NCBI GenBank assembly: GCA_963800795.1
Contig: CAWDCJ010000013.1
Span: 6,916-70,915, forward strand
From: an uncultured Chloroflexia bacterium
GTDB lineage: Bacteria > Chloroflexota > Limnocylindria > Limnocylindrales > CSP1-4
DNA length: 64,000 nt
Direction: 5' to 3'
The first letter of the stretch is position 1; every line of letters begins with the position of its first letter. A program made the translations under genes and the position numbers. This document shows, in pieces, positions 39,753 to 49,631 of the stretch. Below the pieces are notes generated by a model, which searched no databases, was not told the DNA's origin, and saw nothing but the letters and a program-made list of their open reading frames with translations.

Positions 39753-40622
39753 CTAGTCCCCCGACGCTGGCTGGGCCGCGAACGAGCCGGCGAAGGCCCG
39801 GACCAGGCGCGTGAGGTCCGCCGCGGCGATCGCGGCACCCCGAAGCGTCTGGGCATGGTCGACCGGCACCGCGCTCATGCCCACCGCGAGATTGGTGATC
39901 GCGCTGATCGCCGCGACCCGGAGCCCGGCGTGGCGCGCGACGATCACTTCGGGCACGGTGGACATGCCGACCGCGTCCGCACCGAGGGCGCGGTAGGCGC
40001 GGATCTCCGCGGGCGTCTCGAAGATCGGGCCGAGGAGCGCGCAGTAGACGCCCTCGTGGAGGTGGATGCCGAGCCCTGCCGCAAGCCCCAGCAGCCGGCT
40101 GCGGAGTGCCGGGTCGTAGGCGTCCTCGAGGCCAGTGAACCGCTCGCCCCAGGCGTCGTCGTTCGGTCCGACGAGAGGGTTCGTTCCCATGAGGTTGAGG
40201 TGATCGGTGATCAGCATCAGGCTGCCCGGCCCTGCCTCTGCACGCAGTGAGCCGGCTGCGTTCGTCAGCAGGAGCGCCTCGACGCCGAGCGCGGCGAACG
40301 TCCGGATCGGGAGCCGGATCACCGCAGGAGGGAGGCCCTCGTAGAGATGGAAGCGGCCCTGCATGCAGGCGACCGTGGTGCCGTCGAGCTCGCCGATCAG
40401 GAACCGGCCGGCGTGGCCCGCCACGGTCGATGTCGGGAAGCCCGGGATCTCGGCGTACGGGACGGCGACCGCCGCATCGAGGATATCGGCGAGCCCGCCG
40501 AGGCCTGATCCCAGCACGATGCCCAGGCGTGGAGTGCGTCCTCCCGCCCGTTCCCGGAGCAGCGCCGCGATTGCGACGGGATCGCCGGGGAGGTGGGCGT
40601 CGCCGGCGCCGCGGGGGCTCAT
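39753..40622 (-). CDS. punA: purine nucleoside phosphorylase (trimeric PNP family)
   Basis: GIVLGSGLGG, FPTSTVAGHAG, QGRFHLYEG, LTNAAG, GPIFETPAE, GADAVGMSTVPE. ATGA overlap with the cdd stop. Real part of track ORF 39753..40877. Confidence 0.9.
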   Translation of the reverse strand: MSPRGAGDAHLPGDPVAIAALLRERAGGRTPRLGIVLGSGLGGLADILDAAVAVPYAEIPGFPTSTVAGHAGRFLIGELDGTTVACMQGRFHLYEGLPPAVIRLPIRTFAALGVEALLLTNAAGSLRAEAGPGSLMLITDHLNLMGTNPLVGPNDDAWGERFTGLEDAYDPALRSRLLGLAAGLGIHLHEGVYCALLGPIFETPAEIRAYRALGADAVGMSTVPEVIVARHAGLRVAAISAITNLAVGMSAVPVDHAQTLRGAAIAAADLTRLVRAFAGSFAAQPASGD

Positions 40623-41044
40623 CGCGGGGTCTCCTTGAGCAGGAACTCGGGTCCGAAGCTGAGCGGGAGCAGCTCGCCGAGCGTCACGCTGCGGATGACC
40701 CCACCCGGCCCGGCAAGGTGGACAAGCCCGTCGAGCGGCATGAACTCGCGGAGCCGCTGTCGGCATGCGCCGCACGGGGTGGGGAGCCCGGACGCAGGAT
40801 CGGCGACGACGAGGGCCTCGACGATTCGACGACCGCCCGCGGCGATCAGCATGCCGATCGCGGACGCCTCCGCGCACTGGCCCTGGGGGTAGGCGGCGTT
40901 CTCCACGTTCGGCGCAGCGTGGACCCGGCCGAGCTCGTCGCGCAGCGCCGCGCCCACGGCGTAGCCCGAGTACGGCGAGTAGGTCCGCTCCCGCGCCGCG
41001 AGCGCGGCGGCGAGGAGGTCATCCGGCGAGCCGGCGGTTGGCAT
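40619..41044 (-). CDS. cdd: cytidine deaminase
   Basis: YSPYSGYAVGAAL, zinc motifs CAEASAI and PCGACRQ. Confidence 0.9.
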   Translation of the reverse strand: MPTAGSPDDLLAAALAARERTYSPYSGYAVGAALRDELGRVHAAPNVENAAYPQGQCAEASAIGMLIAAGGRRIVEALVVADPASGLPTPCGACRQRLREFMPLDGLVHLAGPGGVIRSVTLGELLPLSFGPEFLLKETPR

Positions 41045-41120
41045 CGGGTCGGGCCTCCGTCATTGCGCTGGTGGGCCGGTGCGCACCGTGCCTCGAACGC
41101 CCGGATGCGTGGACATTCCT

Positions 41121-41149
41121 TTGACCGTCCAGCCTCGAATGTGTATAGT
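41121..41149 (+). promoter_or_regulatory. sigma-70-type promoter of initiator tRNA
   Basis: TTGACC (41121-41126), 17-nt spacer, TATAGT (41144-41149). The tRNA 5' end follows 6 nt later. Confidence 0.7.
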
Positions 41150-41154
41150 ACCGG

Positions 41155-41229
41155 GGCGGGGTGGAGCAGCGGCAGCTCGTCGGGCTCATAACCCGAAGGT
41201 CAAGGGTTCGAATCCCTTCCCCGCAACCA
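41155..41229 (+). tRNA. initiator tRNA-Met (anticodon CAT), CCA encoded
   Basis: GGCGGGGTGGAGCAGCGGCAGCTCGTCGGGCTCATAACCCGAAGGTCAAGGGTTCGAATCCCTTCCCCGCAACCA. Three G:C pairs close the anticodon stem, and position 1:72 is unpaired (G:A); both are initiator hallmarks. Confidence 0.9.
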
Positions 41230-41245
41230 ACCACGAATCCACCAG

Positions 41246-41273
41246 CGAACCCCGGCCCGCCCGCCGGGGTTCG
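41246..41273 (+). terminator. hairpin downstream of tRNA-fMet
   Basis: CGAACCCCGG-cccgcccg-CCGGGGTTCG, a 10-bp perfect stem followed by TGATTCC. Confidence 0.55.
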
Positions 41274-41401
41274 TGATTCCGGGGCCGACGTGCCCGGCCC
41301 TTGCGGTGTCGCCTTCCACGGGCTGGCCCCGCGGTATCCTCACCTTCTTCCGCGGGACGACGCCAGGCCGACCGGGGTGGCCGGCAGGATCGAGGTTACG
41401 A

Positions 41402-42938
41402 ATGACACAGGTTGGTGAGCCACGCGTGGAAGCCCGTGCGGCTCTGGAGCGGGTGAACCACTGGATCGGTGGAGCGCGCGTGGCCGGGACCTCGGGGCGC
41501 TTCGGGCCCGTCTACGACCCCGCCATCGGAGCCGTCGCCCGGACGGTGGACTTCGCGTCGGTCGAGGAGGTCGACGCAGCGGTCGCGTCAGCGCGCCGCG
41601 GCCTTCCCGGCGTGGCGTGCCACCTCGCTCTCGAAGCGCACGGAGATCCTGTTCCGGGTCCGCAACCTCGTCGAGGCGCACCGGACGGAGCTCGCGGCGC
41701 ACCTGACGGCGGAGCACGGCAAGGTCACCTCGGATGCGCTCGGTGAGATCGCGCGCGGCCTGGAGAACCTGGAGTTCGCCTGCGGCATCCCCACGCTCAT
41801 CAAGGGCGGCTTCTCCGAGCAGGCCTCCACCGGCGTGGACGTCTACCAGATCCGCCAGCCGCTCGGCGTGGTCGCGGGGATCACGCCGTTCAACTTCCCG
41901 GCCATGGTCCCGATGTGGATGTTCGGCAACGCGATCGCCTGCGGCAACACGTTCATCCTGAAACCGTCGGAGAAGGACCCATCCGCAGCCATGCTCATGG
42001 CCGAGCTGCTCGCGGAGGCGGGCGTGCCGGCGGGCGTCTTCAACGTGGTCCAGGGCGACAGGGTGGCGGTGGACCGGCTCCTGGAGCACCCCGCCATCGC
42101 CGCGGTCAGCTTCGTCGGCAGCACGCCGATCGCGCGGCACATCTACGAGACCGCCACGAAGAACGGCAAGCGCGTCCAGGCGCTGGGCGGGGCGAAGAAC
42201 CACATGCTGGTCCTGCCGGACGCGGACATCGACATGGCCGCCGACGCCGCGGTCTCGGCCGGGTACGGTTCCGCGGGCGAGCGCTGCATGGCGATCGCGA
42301 CCATCGTCGCGGTGGGCGACGTCGCGGACCCGCTCGTCGAGGCGATCCGCGCCCGGCTGCCCAGGGTCACCGTGGGCCCCGGCACCGATCCCGCGTCGCA
42401 GATGGGCCCGCTCGTCACGCGCCAGCACATGGAGAAGGTCGCTTCCTACCTCGAGTCGGCTCCGGCGCAGGGCGCCACCCTCGTCGCGGATGGACGCGAG
42501 CACCCGCTCCATCGCGCCGGCGATGGCTTCTTCCTGGGCGCCAGCCTGATCGACCACGTCGACACGGGCATGGACTGCTACCGCGACGAGATCTTCGGCC
42601 CGGTCCTCACGGTGATCCGGGTTCGGACCTACGAGGAAGGGGTCCGGCTCATCAACGCGAACCCGTACGGCAACGGGGCCGCGATCTTCACCCGCGACGG
42701 AGGCGCCGCGCGGCAGTTCCAGTTCGAGGTCAACGCCGGGATGGTCGGCATCAACGTGCCGATCCCGGTCCCGGTCGCCTATTACAGCTTCGGCGGCTGG
42801 AAGGCCTCCCTGTTCGGCGATCTCCACATGTACGGGCCGGAGGGGATCCAGTTCTACACCCGGGCGAAGGTGGTCACCTCGCGCTGGCCGGACCCGGGTA
42901 CCTCCTCGGTCGACCTGGGCTTTCCCCGCACGCGGTAG
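41402..42938 (+). CDS. mmsA: CoA-acylating methylmalonate-semialdehyde dehydrogenase (frame break near 41590)
   Basis: HWIGG.., GITPFNFPAMVPMWMF, FILKPSEKDP, FVGSTP, GGAKNH, GERCMA, RDEIFGPVL, YSFGGWKASLFGD. N-terminus MTQVGEP (ATG 41402) lies in a different frame from track ORF 41469..42938. Confidence 0.9.
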
Positions 42939-43008
42939 GCGGCCGGGCGGCGGGTCGCACACCGCCGCCGCGTGCCGCGGGCACGGGCGGGATGGTCGCT
43001 GCTGCCGC

Positions 43009-43816
43009 CTACTCCCAGCGGAACGCGCGCGCGGTGAGGGCCGACGCGCCGGCCGCCCAGGCGCCGAGGAGCAGGAGCGGCCCGACGATGTCGCCGGTGC
43101 TGCTGCCGAGGCCGATCCGGAGCGAATCGGCGAGCGCCGCGGACGGGAGGAGCGAGGCGAAGGCGCCGAGCGCGCCCGGCAGCTGGTGAGCCGGCACGAG
43201 CAGCCCTCCGAGCAGGAGCGCAAGCAGGAACAAGCGCGTTGGTGAGCGCCATCGTCGCCTCAGCGCGGAGCGTCCCGGCCAGCAGCAGGCCCAGCGCGCT
43301 GAACGCGCCGGTTCCGAGCGCGATGGCCGCGACCACCGCCAACGGATCCCATCCCGGCGCGGGCCGCCAGCCGAAGACGGCGACCGCGAGTCCGATCAGG
43401 AGGACGGCCTGGACGGCCTCGACCACGACGATCGTCGCGATCTTCGCGACGAGGAGCTGGCCGCGCGTGAGCGGCGACCCTCCCAGCCGCTTGAGCACGC
43501 CGTAGGAGCGCTCGAACCCGGTCGAGATCCCGAGGTTGACCAGGCCGGCCGCGACGATCGCCGTGGCGAGGATCGCCGGGAGGACCGCGTCGATCGGGCG
43601 CGCGCCCGGCGCTGCGGTCGCCGCGGCCGGGAGGATGTCCACCGACCCGAAGAAGAGCAGCAGGACCGCCGGCAGCACGAGCGTCACGAAGAGGTTCTCG
43701 AGGCGGCGGCCGGTCAGCCGCAGCTCCATCTCGAGCGCGGATGCGATCCGCGCCAGCGGCGAGGACGGCCGGCCGTCGCCGCCGCGAAGCGCGTCGGGCA
43801 TCGCCGCGCGGCTCAT
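43009..43816 (-). CDS. ABC-2 type transporter permease (frame break near 43235)
   Basis: Multi-TM protein. ERSYGVLKRLGGSPLTRGQLLVAK is an ABC-2 signature-like stretch. C-terminus is in track ORF 43009..43233. ATGA overlap with the ATPase stop. Confidence 0.75.
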
Positions 43817-44879
43817 GGCGCGTCCCTCAGCGCACGTTCGGCGCCGGCTCCGGAATCCGCCTCCGGACGCGCCTCCGCGATCAGCTCCAGGAAGCGCTCC
43901 TCCAGGGTGCCGCCCGACGTCTGCAGCTCGGCGATGAGCAGGCCGCGCTGCTCGCACCAGTCGGCCAGGAAGGCGATCGCCCGCGGGTCCGGGGCGCGCC
44001 CGGCAAGCCGGTGGCGTCCGGGCCCCCCATCCGGCTCGAGAGTCCCGCCGAGAGCGTGGCCCAGCGCCTGGATCTCGTCCGCCGCGATCGCGACCCGTGC
44101 TCCGTCGCCGCTCGCCAGGTGGAAGCGCAGAACGGGTCCGGACCCCGCGACGAGCTCCGACGGCGTCCCGGCCGCGATGACCCGGCCGCGGTCGATCACC
44201 ACGACCCGGTCTGCGAGACGCTCGACGTCGGCCAGCTCATGGGTCGTCAGGAGGATCGTGCGGCCGAGCGACCGCAGATCGCCGAGGAGCGCGCGCACGG
44301 CCGCCTTCGCGGCAGGATCCATGCCGGCGGTCGGCTCGTCGAGGATCAGGAGCTCGGGACGCCCCACCAGCGCGAGTGCCAGCGAGAGCCGCTGCTTCTC
44401 GCCGCCCGAGAGGAGCTTGTAGCGCCGGTTGGCCGCGTGGCTGAGCCCAAGCAGGTCCAGCAGCTCGTCGGGATCGGCCGGGTCGGCGTAGAAGCGGGCG
44501 TGGAGCCGCACGAGCTCGCGCGGCCTGCCCTGCGGCGTGATCCCGCCGTTCTGCAGCATCAGGCCGACCCGCGCGTGGAGCGCGGCGCGGTCCCGGGACG
44601 GATGCATTCCGAGGACGCGCACCTCGCCGCCGTCCGGGTTGCGATAGCCCTCCAGGATCTCCACGGTGGTGGTCTTGCCCGCGCCGTTCGGCCCCAGCAG
44701 CGCCACGAGCTCGCCGCGTGGGACCTCGAGGTCGAGGTTGTCGAGGACCTGCAACGCCCCGTAGCGCTTCGATAGGCCCCGAACGTCGATCGCGAGCGGC
44801 ACGCCCCGGACGGCGGTCGCCGCCTCGGCCGGCTCGAGCGTGGGTTCGCGAAGGGCGGCCGCGGCACCCCTGGCGGCGG

Positions 44880-44883
<4 letters not shown>
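43813..44883 (-). CDS. ABC transporter ATP-binding protein (DrrA/ABC-2 type)
   Basis: GPNGAGKTTT, LSGGEKQRLSLALAL, LLILDEPTAGMD, TTHEL. Start MTAARG (ATG 44881-44883) overlaps the TlpA-like stop. Confidence 0.9.
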
Positions 44884-45440
<557 letters not shown>

Positions 45441-45510
45441 GCGAATGGTCCCGGTGCCGGGAGGGCGCCGCCCCGACCCGCTGGTCGCGACGAGTCGCCG
45501 GCGCGTGTGG

Positions 45511-45888
45511 CTACTTGACCGTCAGGGTGCCGACCATGTTCGGATGGACGGAGCAGACGAAGGTGTACGTGCCGGCCGGCAGGGCCGGCACGTCATAGGT
45601 CCGGGCCCCGGTCCCGGTGAAGATCTCGCCCTTGAAGACCTCCGTGCCGGTGGCCGAGCCCGCATGGATCGAGACGTTGTGGGGGATCCCCGCGTCGTTG
45701 TTCGTGAAGTCGATCTGGAAGGGCGTGTTGGCGGGCGCCGAGAGGTCGGTCTTGTCGTAGGCGATCCCGCTCGCGGTGAGCTGGAGCGCGACCGCGGCGC
45801 CGGGCGCTGCGCTCGCCGCCGGCGATCCGGCCGCCGGCGCCGGATCCGGCCGCCGCGCTTGCCGCGGGTGCCGCGGACGGGGAGGGCG
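45511..45888. repeat. copy 1 of a ~380-bp duplicated block (cupredoxin module + linker)
   Basis: 45511-45839 matches 49247-49575 base for base except one position (45595 A vs 49331 G). A further ~50 nt are similar, with a 7-nt indel. Confidence 0.9.
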
Positions 45889-46737
45889 CCGTACCGGCGC
45901 CGGCCGCCGCGGCCGGGCCCGGGGACGCTGCCACGCTCGCTGCGGGTTCCCTCGGCGGCACGATCCCTTCCGCGACGAGCACGCTCAGGACGAGGATCGC
46001 GCCGAACAGGAGCAGCGTCCCGGTGGGGAAGCGCGGGGCGGGAATGTTCTCGAGATGGCCCGTGGCGTCCGCCCGCACCGTCTCGCGGTACTCGGCCCGC
46101 GCGTCGCGCAGCCAGCCCAGGAGGGCAACCACGAGCATCACCACGCCGCCGCTGAGGATCGCGACGTTGAGGACCCCGCCGACGACCATCACGGATGCCG
46201 CCAAGGCCAGGATGAACGGCCGGAAGCTCGGCCCCGGCATGTGCACCCCGGCGGGCGGTCCCGGGTGCACGACCGCGGGCAGGGCGGTCGGCGCCTCGAG
46301 CGCGTCGTATTCGCGACTGGCCTCGCGCCCCCAGTACGAGCAGGCCGGACAGGAGCGCCAGGAGGCCGATCGCGATCGCGAGGAGGCCGGGCGGCTGGAT
46401 CGTCCACGACGTGGAGTCCGCGATCGGCTGCTTGGTCGCCGGATCCACCTGCGGGACCGACGTGGACGAAGAGGATCGCGAGGAAGAAGCAGGCGAAACC
46501 CGCCGCCGCCAGGAACGGGGCGAGGCTGGGCCCCGGCATATGGATGTGCGCCGGCGTGGGCGTCGCGGGCAGCGGCCGCGTCCGCGTTGGTGGCGCGGTG
46601 AGCGCCCGCCGCATGATCCAGCCGAGGTAGGCCACGACGAGCGCCGCGACCGCGAGCGGGATCAGCGCAACCAGCGCACCCCAGTCCGGCGAGACCAGCT
46701 GGTTGAGCAGGGCGAGGAGCGAATTCCAGGGCGACAT
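45511..46737 (-). CDS. membrane protein with two tandem CoxIII-N-terminal-like 2-TM modules fused to an amicyanin-like cupredoxin (three frame breaks)
   Basis: HIHMPGPSLAPFLAAAGFACFFLAILF and GVHMPGPSFRPFILALAASVMVVGGVL resemble the H-x-H-M-x-x-P-S-x-x-P start of canonical oxidase subunit III. An Ala/Pro/Ser linker follows. C-terminus FQIDFTNNDAGIPHNVSIH..YTFVCSVHPNMVGTLTVK* (stop 45511-45513). Confidence 0.65.
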
Positions 46738-46761
46738 GGACTGCCGGATCGCCGCGCCGCG

Positions 46762-46944
46762 CTACTCGGTCTCGTCGCCGCGCGGTGAGGCGGTCATCAG
46801 GACGAAGGCCAGCATCCCCATCGAGAGGCCCAGGGCCAGCAGGAGCGTCACGCCGATCCATTCGTGGCTGACCAGCCCGTAGGAGACGCCGAGCCCGATG
46901 AAGATCAGACCGATGAGCATCGCTCGGCGCGGCCGCATGATCAT
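46762..46944 (-). CDS. small 2-TM oxidase-cluster protein (subunit IV-like)
   Basis: MIMRPRRAMLIGLIFIGLGVSYGLVSHEWIGVTLLLALGLSMGMLAFVLMTASPRGDETE. Call rests on position between ctaE and the CoxIII-N-like gene. Confidence 0.5.
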   Translation of the reverse strand: MIMRPRRAMLIGLIFIGLGVSYGLVSHEWIGVTLLLALGLSMGMLAFVLMTASPRGDETE

Positions 46945-46963
46945 GCGCGCGATCCCTCCATGA

Positions 46964-47600
46964 TCAGAGCAGGTAGAGCGTCGAGAAGAGTGCGATCCAG
47001 ACGACGTCCACGAAGTGCCAGTAGATGGAGGTCGCCTCCACCGCGTCGTGGTGCTTGGCCGAGAACTGCCCGGACATCCCGCGGTAGAGCACGACGCTGA
47101 GCATGATCGCACCGCCCAGGACGTGCGCGCCGTGGAAGCCCGTCAGCGTGTAGAACGTGCTGCCGAACGCCGTGTCGGTGATCCCGAACCCGAGCTGCGT
47201 GTAGTCGTAGATCTGGCCGATCAGGAAGATCAGCCCGAGGACCAGGGTGATCCCGGTGTTGCGAAGGAAGCCCGTCCGATCGCCGCGCCGGATGGACCAC
47301 ACTCCCAGCTGCATTGTCACCGAGGAGAGCACGAGGACCATCGTCAGGGTCGCCGGAAGCAGGATCTCGTGGTGGATCTGGAAGGGCTCGAACGGCGCCT
47401 CGTTCACGAGGGGCGGCCACTGCGTCGCGTTCAGGCGAACGTTGAAGTAGGCGGCGAAGAGGCCCGCGAAGAACATCACCTCGGAGGTGATGAACAGGAT
47501 CATCCCCAGGATCGGGTTGCTGATTCCCCGCTGGCCGTGCGCCCGGCTCTCGCCCGGGACACCGGCGCGTGCGTGCCAGGGCCGTGCTGCTCGTCGTCAT
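46964..47600 (-). CDS. ctaE: cytochrome c oxidase subunit III, 5-helix form (frame break near 47585)
   Basis: LGMILFITSEVMFFAGLF, TLTGFHGAHVLGG, YWHFVDVVWI. ATG at 47598-47600 lies in another frame, 2 nt after the ctaD stop. Confidence 0.85.
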
Positions 47601-47602
47601 GC

Positions 47603-49237
47603 TCAGTGCCCCGCCGGAAGCGCCGGCACGTCGTTGGCGTGGCGGAGGTCGAAGACCGGTCGCTCGGAACGGATCGGCGGGAGGTGGTCGAAGTTGTACG
47701 GCGGTGGCGGGGACGAGGTCGCCCACTCCAGGGTGTTCCCCTCCCACGGGTCGTCGCCGGCGGGCTCGCCGGAGCGCAGCGTGATGAAGACGTTCCACAG
47801 GAACGGCAGCATCGCGACCGCGATCGTGAAGCCCCCGATCGTGGCAAGCAGGTTCAGATCGTTCCAGCCGGCGGTGGCGCTGTAGTCGGCGATACGGCGC
47901 GGCATCCCGGACAGGCCCAGCAGGTGCATCGGGAAGAAGGTCAGGTTCATCCCGATGAAGATCCCGACGAAGTGGATCTTGCCCAGGGTCTCGTTCAGCT
48001 TCCGGCCGAACATCTTCGGCCACCAGTAGTAGAGCCCCGCGAAGACGCCCATGATCGAGCCGCCGAACAGCACGTAGTGGATGTGGGCGACGATGAAATA
48101 GGTCGCGTGGACGTGGTAGTCGACCGGCACGGCGGCCAGGACCGCGCCGTTGATCCCGCCGATCAGGAACAGCGAGAGGAAGCCAACCGCGAAGAGCATC
48201 GCGGACGTGAAGCGGAGCTTGCCCCGGAACATCGTGGCGACCCAGTTGAACATCTTCACGCCGGTCGGCACCGCGATCAGGAACGTCATCAGGCTGAAGA
48301 ACGGCAGGTAGACGGTCCCCGTCGTGAACATGTGGTGGGCCCAGACCGAGAAGCCGAGCGCGCCGATCCCCGCGGTCGCGAAGATGAACGCCTTGTAGCC
48401 AAAGAGCGGCTTCCGACTGAAGGTCGGCAGCACCTCGGAGACGATCCCCATGGCGGGCAGGATCATGATGTAGACGGCCGGGTGGCTATAGAACCAGAAG
48501 ACGTTCTGCCACAGGATCGCGTTGCCGCCCAGCGCGGTGTTGAAGAAGCTTCCGCCGAGATTCCGGTCGATGTAGAGCATGATCAGGGCGCTCGTCAGGA
48601 CCGGGGTTCCCATCAGCACGAGCACGCTCGTGACGAGCATCGTCCAGACGAAGATCGGCATCCGGAAGAGGGTCATCCCCGGCGCCCGCATCTTGAAGAT
48701 CGTCACCAGGAAGTTGATGGCGCCCAGGATGGAGCTGGTGCCGACCAGCGTGAGCGCGACGATCCAAAGGTCCGTCCCAGGCCCCTTGGAGAACGCCGAT
48801 TCAGCCAGCGGGCTGTAGCTGGTCCAGCCCTCCGCGGCCGCGCCGCCGAGCGGGAAGCCCAGCAGGGCGATCAGCGCCGAGAGCGGCAGCAGCCAGAACG
48901 ACAGGGCGTTGATGCGTGGGAACGCCATGTCCGGCGCGCCGATCATCAGCGGGACGAGGTAGTTACCGAAGCCCGCCAGGAACGGGATGACCACCCAGAA
49001 GATCATCACCGAGGCGTGCATGGTGAACATCTGGTTGTAGGTGGCCTCGCTCATGAACTGGAGCCCGGGCTGGGCCAGCTCGGTGCGAACCGCCAGCGCG
49101 AAGAGTCCACCGACCAGGAACAGGATCAGCGAGTTGAACGTGTAGAGGATCCCGATCTTCTTGTGATCGGTCGTGGTGAGCCATTCGTAGAGCCCGGTCC
49201 GGTAGGTGGCCGCGGGGCGCAGCACGGTGGTGGCCAT
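47603..49237 (-). CDS. ctaD: cytochrome c oxidase subunit I (aa3 type)
   Basis: TTDHKKIGILY, MAFPRINALSFW, WTSYSPL, FWFYSHPAVYIMILP, WAHHMFTTG, HFHYVL-type IVAHIHYVL. Confidence 0.95.
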   Translation of the reverse strand: MATTVLRPAATYRTGLYEWLTTTDHKKIGILYTFNSLILFLVGGLFALAVRTELAQPGLQFMSEATYNQMFTMHASVMIFWVVIPFLAGFGNYLVPLMIGAPDMAFPRINALSFWLLPLSALIALLGFPLGGAAAEGWTSYSPLAESAFSKGPGTDLWIVALTLVGTSSILGAINFLVTIFKMRAPGMTLFRMPIFVWTMLVTSVLVLMGTPVLTSALIMLYIDRNLGGSFFNTALGGNAILWQNVFWFYSHPAVYIMILPAMGIVSEVLPTFSRKPLFGYKAFIFATAGIGALGFSVWAHHMFTTGTVYLPFFSLMTFLIAVPTGVKMFNWVATMFRGKLRFTSAMLFAVGFLSLFLIGGINGAVLAAVPVDYHVHATYFIVAHIHYVLFGGSIMGVFAGLYYWWPKMFGRKLNETLGKIHFVGIFIGMNLTFFPMHLLGLSGMPRRIADYSATAGWNDLNLLATIGGFTIAVAMLPFLWNVFITLRSGEPAGDDPWEGNTLEWATSSPPPPYNFDHLPPIRSERPVFDLRHANDVPALPAGH

Positions 49238-49246
49238 CAGGGTCTC

Positions 49247-49631
49247 CTACTTGACCGTCAGGGTGCCGACCATGTTCGGATGGACGGAGCAGACGAAGGT
49301 GTACGTGCCGGCCGGCAGGGCCGGCACGTCGTAGGTCCGGGCCCCGGTCCCGGTGAAGATCTCGCCCTTGAAGACCTCCGTGCCGGTGGCCGAGCCCGCA
49401 TGGATCGAGACGTTGTGGGGGATCCCCGCGTCGTTGTTCGTGAAGTCGATCTGGAAGGGCGTGTTGGCGGGCGCCGAGAGGTCGGTCTTGTCGTAGGCGA
49501 TCCCGCTCGCGGTGAGCTGGAGCGCGACCGCGGCGCCGGGCGCTGCGCTCGCCGCCGGCGATCCGGCCGCCGGCGACGGCCGCCCGATCCGGCCGCCGCG
49601 CTCGCCGCGGGTGCCGCGGACGGGGAGGGCG
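49247..49631. repeat. copy 2 of the ~380-bp duplicated block
   Basis: See copy 1 (45511-45888). Confidence 0.9.

Noticed and set aside
41340-43223. 627-aa minus-strand ORF
   Set aside because: Antisense to mmsA, which carries full aldehyde-dehydrogenase motifs.
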